Shown: positions 1 to 8,006 of the stretch, one piece after another
How the letters are laid out: each line of letters begins with the position of its first letter
Numbering within the stretch: the stretch's first letter is position 1
DNA from: Planctomycetota bacterium
Lineage (GTDB): Bacteria; Planctomycetota; SKW154
Reading direction: 5' to 3'
DNA: 29,904 nucleotides
NCBI GenBank assembly: GCA_026418755.1
Contig: JAOAAR010000001.1
Span: 1 to 29,904, forward strand
Made by a program: the position numbers and the translations under genes
Notes under the pieces: model-generated
Seen by the model: the letters and a program-made list of their open reading frames with translations, nothing else
Databases searched by the model: none
Told to the model about the DNA's origin: nothing

Positions 1-2
1 GG

Positions 3-386
3 GAGAAAGAGGAGGATGAGACGAGGTTTATAAAGCAAATTGTCGAGGCAAACACGAAGAAAAAGATATTAGAAGAGTTTGAACGGTGCAAGGGAGATTC
101 TGTTAAGAAATACGAGATTCTTCTTGATGCACTCAAGAATCTGCCAACCGAGTTAGTAAGAGACAGAGAATCTTTATGGAGCGCCGTTAGTGTTGTGCTA
201 AATAAGCACCAAAACAGGCGCCTGTTTGAATGGTTCGTTAATGAGCGCAAGTTGTCGTTAGATAGAGTAAAAAGTATGCTTAAGAGTCTTGAGGAAGAAT
301 TACGCAGATTCAAATCTCCCGTTGGAGTGGGGGGAAAGAAAGGGCTTTCCGAGAAACTCCTTTCGATTTTGGGGTTTGAAAAATGA
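3..386 (+). CDS. 3' part of an unknown charged, alpha-helical protein (5' end outside the window)
   Basis: The frame is open from base 3 (EKEEDETRFIKQIVEAN...) to TGA at 384-386. The stop overlaps the mlaE start as ATGA. No recognisable motif. Confidence 0.8.
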   Translation, partial: EKEEDETRFIKQIVEANTKKKILEEFERCKGDSVKKYEILLDALKNLPTELVRDRESLWSAVSVVLNKHQNRRLFEWFVNERKLSLDRVKSMLKSLEEELRRFKSPVGVGGKKGLSEKLLSILGFEK

Positions 387-1165
387 AGAGAGTGATAGAG
401 AAGTCAGGTGGTTTTGTTCTCTCCGCATTGAAAAGCGGAGGCTACGGGGTTCTTTTAGTGGTAGAGTCTCTTCTATGGCTGCGGGCTGCTTTTTCGAAGA
501 GAAGAGAGGTGTTAGCGCAGTTGTATGTCTGTGCAGTGCAAAGTCTACCTGTGACGATGCTGGTTGGTGCTTTTGTTGGAATGGTGCTAGCGCTTCAGAC
601 AGGACTCTCTTTGAGGCAATACGGACTACAGAATCTTATTTCGCAGGTTGCAGGCGCCTCGATGACGAGAGAGATGGGTCACTTGATGACGGCGATAATA
701 CTTGCAGGCAGAGTAGGCAGCGCTATGGCGGCAGAACTCGGCTCTATGAGAGTCTCGGAGGAGATTGAAGCGCTTGAGGTGATGTCAATCAGTCCTATAA
801 AATTTCTGGTCATGCCGCGCATTTTAGCGCTCACTCTTGCCGCCCCGATTCTTACAGTCTACGCCAACCTCATCGGAATCATCGGCGCCGCCGTGGTCGG
901 AAACCTCCAGATAGGAGTAGGTTTCTATGTCTTCTTCCGCGATTGCTTCAATTTTGTCACATTCAAAGACTTATACACCGGTCTTGCCAAGTCGGTCGTT
1001 TTTGGTACAACAATAGCCGCAGTCTCCTGCTCGGAAGGGATGCGCTGCACAGGTGGAACGATGGGAGTTGGCGTCGCCACTCGCCACGCTGTCGTCGTCT
1101 CTCTCCTTATGATACTTCTCTTCAACTACATAATGACCAGTCTGATAGTAAGGTTCATTTATTGA
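383..1165 (+). CDS. mlaE: MlaE/Ttg2B family ABC permease (MCE lipid transport)
   Basis: REMGHLMTAIILAGRVGSAMAAELGSMRVSEEIEALEVM and FLVMPRILAL are MlaE hallmarks. Multiple TM segments. Followed by an ATPase and an MCE gene. Confidence 0.95.
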   Translation: MKRVIEKSGGFVLSALKSGGYGVLLVVESLLWLRAAFSKRREVLAQLYVCAVQSLPVTMLVGAFVGMVLALQTGLSLRQYGLQNLISQVAGASMTREMGHLMTAIILAGRVGSAMAAELGSMRVSEEIEALEVMSISPIKFLVMPRILALTLAAPILTVYANLIGIIGAAVVGNLQIGVGFYVFFRDCFNFVTFKDLYTGLAKSVVFGTTIAAVSCSEGMRCTGGTMGVGVATRHAVVVSLLMILLFNYIMTSLIVRFIY

Positions 1166-1171
1166 GGTGTA

Positions 1172-1927
1172 TTGATGATAGAACTGATTGATGTTCATAA
1201 GACGCTCGGCGGAAAAAAGGTCCTCGTAGGAATGAACCTCTCGATAAAGCGTGGAGAGACATACACTGTCATAGGGAGAAGCGGAATCGGAAAAAGTGTC
1301 ACTCTCAAGCACATCGTCGGCGTAATGAAGCCTGATAAAGGGAGAGTAATTGTTGATGGGGTCGAAGTTCAGAACCTGAACAGACGGCAGTTAGAGCGGT
1401 TCCGTGTGAAGTTTGGCTATCTTTTTCAGTCGTCGGCGCTTCTCAATTCGCTGAATGTGTTCGAGAATGTCGCCCTCCCACTAAGGGAGCACACGAGGAT
1501 GAGTGAAGAGGAGATACAAGAGCGCGTGGTTCAAAAACTTTCGCTGGTAGGGCTTAAAGGAACAGAGAAGATGATGCCATCGGATTTATCGGGCGGTATG
1601 CGCAAAAGGGTTGCACTTGCAAGAGCAATCGTTATGGAGCCAGAGGTCATCCTTTACGATGAACCGACAACAGGTCTTGACCCCATCACAGCCGATGCGA
1701 TAAACGGCTTGATAAGAGACATGCAACAAAGGCTTAAGGTGACAAGCGTAGTCGTAACCCACGATATGAAAAGCGCCTATAAAATTTCCGATAGAATTGG
1801 GCTGCTTCACGAGGGGCGAATCATTCAGGAAGGAACGCCCGATAACATAAAAGATTCTAACGACCCTCGAGTAAAGCAGTTTATAAACGGAGAGGCGATA
1901 GGACCTCTCACAACGAGTAGGGACTAA
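1172..1927 (+). CDS. mlaF: MlaF/Ttg2A family ABC ATPase
   Basis: Walker A GRSGIGKS, signature LSGGMRKRVALARA, Walker B ILYDEPTTGLDP, H-loop VVTHD. The true start may be ATG 1175, since GAGGTG overlaps the mlaE stop. Confidence 0.95.
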   Translation: MMIELIDVHKTLGGKKVLVGMNLSIKRGETYTVIGRSGIGKSVTLKHIVGVMKPDKGRVIVDGVEVQNLNRRQLERFRVKFGYLFQSSALLNSLNVFENVALPLREHTRMSEEEIQERVVQKLSLVGLKGTEKMMPSDLSGGMRKRVALARAIVMEPEVILYDEPTTGLDPITADAINGLIRDMQQRLKVTSVVVTHDMKSAYKISDRIGLLHEGRIIQEGTPDNIKDSNDPRVKQFINGEAIGPLTTSRD

Positions 1928-1958
1928 AAACAAGAGGTAAAGAGGTAAGGAGAAGAAT

Positions 1959-3695
1959 ATGACTACGGAGTTAAAGGTCGGATTCCTGTTTTTCGTAGGG
2001 CTTGCGGCTCTTTTTGTCTTCACTCTTGCAATCTCAGATGTGCCTTTCCTGAAGAAAGGATACGAGTTCGAAATAGTGTTTCCGGACGCCGCCGGCATCG
2101 AGAAAGGTGACAAAGTCCTCCTTTCAGGTGTCACAGTCGGAGACATTTCTGACCTCTCCTTCACGGAGGACGGAGAAGTTCTCATGACCTGCCACATATC
2201 CAACGAGCAGACAAGAATTCCTGCCGATTCTCGGTTTATGATAAAACCCTTTTCCCTCCTCGGAGGTCTCTCCGTCTACATCTTCCCAGGCAAGTCCCCT
2301 CAAACGGTAAAAGAGGTAAGAAGAGTGAGAGGAGAACCTCCACCTGACTTGGTAACTTCTCTGTCGAAAGCAGGGGATACACTTTCCGACAGTTTCGCAT
2401 CCCTGGAGAAGAAGTTGAGCGATGTGCTGGCGGAAGTGAAGAAAGCGGTAGGCATGTTCACGGAGAACGACGGCACCGTTCAGAGACTTCTGAAGGAGAG
2501 GAAACTCTATGATGATATTGCACAGGTAGCGGAAGATTTGAAGAGATTGAGTGGAGATGTAAGAGAAGGGAAAGGAACGATAGGGAAACTGTTTGCAGAT
2601 GATTCCCTTTACAACGACTTAAAAGGAGCGGTAACGGAGATAAAGACAACTGTCAAAGAGGCAAGTGATGTTTTAGGGAAAGCAAAGGAGAGCATAGAGC
2701 AGGGGAAAGGATTGTTAGGAAAGATTTTTACGGACGAAGAAGTGTATGAGAATCTGAAGAAAGCCTCCCGCGATATAGAGGCGCTCACATCGAAGTTGCG
2801 AACATCGACGGAAACAGATAGTCTGCTCAATCAGTTACTCAAGCCGGGCGGCGGCAGAATCTTTGACGACCTTTCCGGTGCTTTTGCGGATGTGAAAGAC
2901 TTATTTTCGCAGATAAAGGAAGGAAAAGGGCTTCTTCATACATTGCTCTATGACGAAAATGTTTCAAAAGATGTAAAGGAGGCGGTCGCATCTGTGAAGA
3001 ATGTGGTGAAGAGACTGGACGAGTCAAAAGAAGGCTCCCTCTGGAAACTGATAACTGAGCCAGAACTTTATGAGAAGGCGAAGAAAACTTTAGATGATGC
3101 ATCTGAAGCGCTTGCACCGATTGCACGCCTTACTGTCTTCGTCGGACTTGAATCCTCATATTACGATTACCAGAAGGAGACAGCATCAAGCATATATTTG
3201 AAGATATTCCCTCGCAGGAACAGGTATTTTCATCTGGGTGTGACTTTCTTCTATTTTGACGAGACAAGCCCTGTCGGATTCGATTTGATGGAGCAGGAGG
3301 CAGGCTCGTATGTGAACAAGGTGACCTTTCTAATGGCGCAGATTTTCCGCTTTAACGACAAGGACAAAGAGCCCAAAAATGACTGGGCGGTAGTGTTTCG
3401 CGCAGGTTTGCTAGAAGGCACTGGCGGAGGCGGCATTGATTTCGAATTTTTTGAAAGGAGACTGCTTTTTACTCTTGAAGGACGCGCAGCACACACCGAC
3501 CCAAACAGATTCTACGAACCTGTCGAGCCCTTCCTTCTGCGCTTCAGAGCATCATACCTTATCTGGGGCTTTTTAAGAGTTTATGTTGGTGTGAACAACA
3601 TCTTGGACAAAACAGAGTTGTCTGTTGGAATATCAGTTGAATGGGAAGACAAAGACATAAAGTCCATAGTCGGAATCGCAGGGGCGATGCAATAA
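1959..3695 (+). CDS. mlaD: Long MlaD/MCE protein: N-terminal TM anchor, MCE domain, helical repeats, C-terminal beta-barrel-like domain
   Basis: N-terminal TM (ELKVGFLFFVGLAALFVFTL), MCE motif FPDAAGIEKGDKVLLSGVTVG, about six G[TL]xGKLxxDxxLY-type repeats, and about 190 C-terminal residues of amphipathic beta-strands. Confidence 0.9.
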   Translation: MTTELKVGFLFFVGLAALFVFTLAISDVPFLKKGYEFEIVFPDAAGIEKGDKVLLSGVTVGDISDLSFTEDGEVLMTCHISNEQTRIPADSRFMIKPFSLLGGLSVYIFPGKSPQTVKEVRRVRGEPPPDLVTSLSKAGDTLSDSFASLEKKLSDVLAEVKKAVGMFTENDGTVQRLLKERKLYDDIAQVAEDLKRLSGDVREGKGTIGKLFADDSLYNDLKGAVTEIKTTVKEASDVLGKAKESIEQGKGLLGKIFTDEEVYENLKKASRDIEALTSKLRTSTETDSLLNQLLKPGGGRIFDDLSGAFADVKDLFSQIKEGKGLLHTLLYDENVSKDVKEAVASVKNVVKRLDESKEGSLWKLITEPELYEKAKKTLDDASEALAPIARLTVFVGLESSYYDYQKETASSIYLKIFPRRNRYFHLGVTFFYFDETSPVGFDLMEQEAGSYVNKVTFLMAQIFRFNDKDKEPKNDWAVVFRAGLLEGTGGGGIDFEFFERRLLFTLEGRAAHTDPNRFYEPVEPFLLRFRASYLIWGFLRVYVGVNNILDKTELSVGISVEWEDKDIKSIVGIAGAMQ

Positions 3696-4627
3696 AAATC
3701 TGCATAGTCGGACCGGGAGCGATAGGAAGGCTGTTTGCTTCCCTGTTCTCCAAAAGCGGAGCAGATGTGGTTCTTGCCGACCATCGTCCTGAAAGAGCAG
3801 AAAGTCTTACCAGAAATGGTTTGATTCTTCGCGGCTTACAAGAGATTAAGACTCAGGTTCCAGTCACCATGGCTCCTTCCGATTTTGCGCCTTTTGACCT
3901 CGTGTTCATCTGCGTGAAATCCTATTCGACAAAAGAGGTGGCAAAACAGATAGTATCTTGGGCATCCAATTCCACACTTGTAACTCTACAAAATGGTATG
4001 GGCAACATAGAAGCACTTCTTGAGTATTTCCCTCCTGAGCAAATTATAGGAGGAGTAACCGGCTGCGGCGCCAACATCCCCCCCGACTCCCCTGAAACTG
4101 TAATCTTCGCCGGCTGCGGAGAGACCGTCATCGGACAAGTCGGAACAAAAAGTCTAAACGGCAGAAACAAAGAACTCGAAAGAGTGGAATCCCTTTTTCG
4201 CAAGGCAGGGCTGCCTGTGAGAAAGACTGAGAATCTGCAAAGCGAATTGTGGGGGAAACTGTTAATTAATGCAGCAATCAACCCTCTCTGCGCACTCCTC
4301 CGGATTCGCAACGGCTTCTTACCAAAGATTCCTTCTCTTTGGGAACTTGCCCGCCTGGTATTGAAAGAAGCCATAAGCGTAGCGAATGCTGAAGGAGTAG
4401 TCCTTCCTTACCCTGACGCCGCAGAGAAGGTGAAAGCGGTCTGCGAAGCAACCGCACAGAACCGCTGCTCAACACTGCAGGATGTAGAAAAAGGAAAGCG
4501 CACAGAAATAGACTCAATCAACGGCTATATCTGTCGAATCGGAGAAAAACACGGAATTCCCACTCCATACAACCTCACTTTGAATCTACTGCTCGGCTCC
4601 CAAACAGCCAATGCTCCCGGATACTGA
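3692..4627 (+). CDS. panE: 2-dehydropantoate 2-reductase (ketopantoate reductase, PanE/ApbA family)
   Basis: KICIVGPGAIG Rossmann motif, FICVKSY, LQNGMG, LWGKLLINAAINPL, STLQDVEKGKRTEIDSING. Start placed at ATA 3692 (see findings); the alternative is ATG 3641. Confidence 0.9.
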   Translation: MKICIVGPGAIGRLFASLFSKSGADVVLADHRPERAESLTRNGLILRGLQEIKTQVPVTMAPSDFAPFDLVFICVKSYSTKEVAKQIVSWASNSTLVTLQNGMGNIEALLEYFPPEQIIGGVTGCGANIPPDSPETVIFAGCGETVIGQVGTKSLNGRNKELERVESLFRKAGLPVRKTENLQSELWGKLLINAAINPLCALLRIRNGFLPKIPSLWELARLVLKEAISVANAEGVVLPYPDAAEKVKAVCEATAQNRCSTLQDVEKGKRTEIDSINGYICRIGEKHGIPTPYNLTLNLLLGSQTANAPGY

Positions 4628-4666
4628 TAACACTGGTGTATAAAAAAAATAGTAGGAGGTGATAAG

Positions 4667-5277
4667 ATGTGGAGAAAAGTAGCACTATGGGTAGTGATTT
4701 CTCTCCTTACTGCCAACTGGATGGTTGCCCAAGAGGAGAAAAAAAAGAGCGCCATGTGAGAGAAACTCTACTGACGCAGGTTGCCGCAGGCTGGATACCA
4801 CGATCCTTCGTGGTTGCTCCCGACCTAAGACATGTAGCATATGTAGTAAGAGCAACAGACGGAAAACTGTATGTGGTCGTGGATGGAAAGGAAGGGAAAA
4901 GATACGATGACCTTGCTTTTCTCACTTTCAGCCCTGATGGCAAACGGTTCGCATATGCCGCGAAAGAGGGGGATAAATGGCTCGTCGTAATTGATGGCAA
5001 AGAAGAGAAAAAATACAACGGCATCGGAGAGGGAACCATCGCTTTCAGCCCCAATAGCGACACAGTTGCTTACGCAGCCATAACAGACACAGGATGGACA
5101 ATGGTCGTCAACGGAAATGAAGGAGAAAAATACGATGTCATCGTCACCATCGGACCCAAAAAGATAGTCTTCGACCCCACAGAGAACTTAAGCCATCTCT
5201 CCGGAACAGGTTGCAGTTTTCGTTATCTCGCCGCAAAAGGGAGCAGCGTTTACCTCGTAGAGGAGAGATTAAAATAG
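4667..5277 (+). CDS. Secreted PD40/WD40-like beta-propeller repeat protein, split by a -1 frameshift at an A8 tract (4739-4746)
   Basis: AGGAGGT (4654-4660) then ATG 4667 encodes a signal peptide, MWRKVALWVVISLLTANWMVA-QEE, and this frame stops at 4757-4759. The repeat body (FSPDGKRFAYAAKEGDKWLVVIDG, about 4 copies) lies in the -1 frame to 5277. Confidence 0.8.
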
Positions 5278-5343
5278 AGATAGAGACAAAAAAACTGCAA
5301 AAAAGAAAGAGAACAGGAAGCAAATTGCACGAAACTGTAAAGT

Positions 5344-5445
5344 CTACTCCTTCCTCTTATCTCTGTAACTCTGAAGCCCTAAAATAGTTGGGAGAGACGA
5401 CAGTCGCTGTTCTCTTTCCACAATTTCCTTTGGTGTTACAGCCAT
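5344..5445 (-). pseudogene. 33-aa ORF resembling the N-terminus of an HDOD-domain protein (probable truncated remnant)
   Basis: Translates as MAVTPKEIVEREQRLSSLPTILGLQSYRDKRKE. The first 22 aa resemble the 'TPxELV...L(P/S)SLP' start of HDOD proteins (recognised from memory, not by search). Confidence 0.3.
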
Positions 5446-5725
5446 TTCTCTTTAACATACAGCGAAGATTTGATTCTTTTGCCCTACTTGACTGAAATGA
5501 TAAGAAAGGTAAGAAGTTTTGATGAAGGATTTTTCCAACGGCTTTATTCAAGAGATTTCCGCGCTATTCTGTTTAAATAAACCACCCCCCGCCCAAAAAC
5601 TCCTCTCCTGTTTGAGGAGGAAAAAGCCATCCGAAACGCCAAGAGCAGCGCCATTTTTTGAGAAAAGAAGCGAAAAAGACTTGAAATTCTGATTCTATGT
5701 GTTAAATAAGTATTAGTCGTAGTGA

Positions 5726-5849
5726 GGCGATAAAGCCATCGAAGAAGACCGTAATGAGGACGGCGAAGTCCCCTTAGAAGATAAGAGAATCTTGCTTAAT
5801 CCTTATTCTATCTGCGAGATGTATCGTGTTGTTTTATTAACCATCTCGC
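5726..5849 (+). promoter_or_regulatory. Candidate structured 5' leader of the methyltransferase-ligase gene
   Basis: A series of short inverted repeats: 5726-5737, 5749-5763 versus 5758-5771, 5775-5810, and a perfect 8-bp stem at 5814-5821/5842-5849. No match to a riboswitch class I can recall. Confidence 0.25.
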
Positions 5850-5920
5850 CCATCATTGTATTTCTTCGAGTCCCATTCCGCCGCTTTCTTAAACAAGAAT
5901 TCCTGTAGGGAGGATATATT

Positions 5921-7933
5921 ATGAAGGAGGAGATGGCGAAAAGCAGCAAACCGTCGAAACGGAGCAAATCGATTCTTACTGTAACGAAATCGTTCGGACC
6001 CGTGCCGAACTTGGAAGAGTATGTGAAACCTGACTGGTGGCGCTATATTTTCGATGCGACTTATCTTAAGACTGACGGTGATGTGGTTGACGACGCAAAC
6101 ATAACAAAAAAAGAGGTAGACACATTCTCTGCAATCCTTAAGATGGATACCTCCGACAAGATTCTGGACCTCTGTTGTGGACAGGGAAGGCATTCGTTAG
6201 AACTCGCAAGACGGGGCTTTCAGAATGTAGAGGGGCTTGACCGCTCACACTATCTTATTCAGAAAGCGAAGGCTCAAGCAAAAAAAGAGAACTTGAATGT
6301 GAAGTTTAGGGAAGGCGACGCCCGCAAACTTCCGTATCCGCCCGACTCTTTCGATGTAGTCCTGATTCTGGGAAACAGTTTTGGCTATTTCGACACCGTC
6401 AGAGACGATTTGAGAGTCTTGAAGGAAGTCAAAAGAGTCTTAAAACCTTGGGGGAAACTTCTTATTGACGCCGCGGACGGAGAATACCTGAGGCAGAATT
6501 ATAAACCCCGCTCGTGGGAATGGATTGATAAAAAACATTTTGTATGCAGAGAGCGTTCCCTCTCTTTCGACAGGCAGTGTCTTATATCAAGAGAGGTTGT
6601 CGTTCAGGTAGAAAAAGGAGTGATTGTTGACCAGTTCTATTCCGAGAGGCTCTATACGAGAGAAACCCTTATGGAACTGTTGAAGACGGTAGGCTTCGAC
6701 GACATCGTTTCCCACAGTGTCATTTCTCCTGACTCGCAGCGCAATCAAGACCTCGGAATGATGGAACAGCGGGTCATAATGACGGCTGTAGCTAGAAAAG
6801 AATGGACGCCTGTAAAAAAGAAGGAAGACATAAAAGAGGTTGTCGTTCTGTTAGGAGACCCTTCAAAACCTGACCCCCTCAAACCTATGGGCGTATTCGA
6901 CGACGATGACTTCTACACCATAGACCAGTTGAAAGGAGCTTTAAGAGAATTAAAGGGTTACAACTTCACCTATCTGAACAACCACAGCACAATGCTGCAA
7001 GACCTCATGAAACTGAAAGGCAAGATTGACTACGCCTTTAATCTTTGTGACGAAGGATATGACAACAATCCCCGACAGGAACTTCATATCCCCTCAATCC
7101 TTGAAATGTTGGGAATCAATTACACAGGAGCAGGGCCTCAATGTCTCGCCTTCTGCTACGACAAGTCGCTGGTAAGAGGCATCGCTAAAGAGATGGGGAT
7201 TCCTGTAGCAGATGGTTTCTTCATCAAGCCTGAAGACACAACTTTTGAACTACCATTTGGGTTTCCTGTCATCGCAAAACCGAACTACGGAGACTCGAGT
7301 TTTGGAATCACCCAGCGATGTGTCGCAAATAGTGTGGAAGAACTCACCCTCGCCATTGCAGAGATAAGGGGAAAGTTCGGATACGAGAAACCTATTCTGG
7401 TTGAGGAGTTTTTGGTCGGGAAGGACATGAGCCTCGGAATAATCGGTAACCCGCCAGAATCTTACACCCTGCTGCCCATAATAGAAGAAGATTATTCCTG
7501 CCTCCCCGAAGGTTTGCCTCACATCTGCGGTTACGAAGCAAAATGGCTGCCAGACTCCCCTTACTGGAACATCGTCTCTAAACCTGCTGAACTGCCTGAA
7601 AGTACCAAAAGATTCATTGAAGAGTGCAGTTTAAAACTGTTTGAAAGGCTTGGAGCCAGAGACTACTGCCGCTTCGACTGGAGACTCGACGGTGAAGGGG
7701 TTCCGCATCTCCTCGAAGTGAATCCAAATCCAGGCTGGTGCTGGGACGGACACCTGGCGAAGATGGCAAAAGCGGCAGGAATGGAATACCACGAGATGTT
7801 AGAGGCTATTCTGAAAGCAGCAGAACAGCGATTCGCTCTTCTTCAGGAGAGTGGAAAAGAAAACGGAAAAGGAAACGGAAAAGAAGAAGAAACTTCACAC
7901 AAGATACCCACAGCCATACGCAGCGAAACATAA
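5921..7933 (+). CDS. Fusion of a class I SAM-dependent methyltransferase and a D-Ala-D-Ala ligase-like ATP-grasp domain
   Basis: N-terminal half: ILDLCCGQGRHS (motif I), EGDARKLP, LGNSFGYF. C-terminal half: GINYTG, DKSLV, VIAKPNYGDSSFGI, EEFLVG, YEAKW, RFDWR, LEVNPNPG. GGGAGG RBS. Confidence 0.9.
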   Translation: MKEEMAKSSKPSKRSKSILTVTKSFGPVPNLEEYVKPDWWRYIFDATYLKTDGDVVDDANITKKEVDTFSAILKMDTSDKILDLCCGQGRHSLELARRGFQNVEGLDRSHYLIQKAKAQAKKENLNVKFREGDARKLPYPPDSFDVVLILGNSFGYFDTVRDDLRVLKEVKRVLKPWGKLLIDAADGEYLRQNYKPRSWEWIDKKHFVCRERSLSFDRQCLISREVVVQVEKGVIVDQFYSERLYTRETLMELLKTVGFDDIVSHSVISPDSQRNQDLGMMEQRVIMTAVARKEWTPVKKKEDIKEVVVLLGDPSKPDPLKPMGVFDDDDFYTIDQLKGALRELKGYNFTYLNNHSTMLQDLMKLKGKIDYAFNLCDEGYDNNPRQELHIPSILEMLGINYTGAGPQCLAFCYDKSLVRGIAKEMGIPVADGFFIKPEDTTFELPFGFPVIAKPNYGDSSFGITQRCVANSVEELTLAIAEIRGKFGYEKPILVEEFLVGKDMSLGIIGNPPESYTLLPIIEEDYSCLPEGLPHICGYEAKWLPDSPYWNIVSKPAELPESTKRFIEECSLKLFERLGARDYCRFDWRLDGEGVPHLLEVNPNPGWCWDGHLAKMAKAAGMEYHEMLEAILKAAEQRFALLQESGKENGKGNGKEEETSHKIPTAIRSET

Positions 7934-8006
7934 ACGCTCCTACCTTTATAGAAAGCGCCGACATTCTGTCATCCCTGTTCAACTGTTTAATAGTGTCCCA
8001 TTCGCT

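Noticed and set aside
4669-4740. GTG 4669 as the start of the propeller protein (MEKSSTMGSDFSPYCQLDGCPRG...)
   Set aside because: This N-terminus is not signal-like, while the overlapping frame from ATG 4667 gives a textbook signal peptide at proper RBS spacing.
5711-5775. Partial resemblance to named RNAs: glycine riboswitch (CATCGAAGAAG), hammerhead stem II (ATGA-GGAC..GTCC), fluoride riboswitch (GGCGAT...TAATGA)
   Set aside because: Each lacks required core elements (CUYUCAGG; CUGAUGA and GAAA; the pseudoknot complement). Kept only as an unnamed candidate leader.
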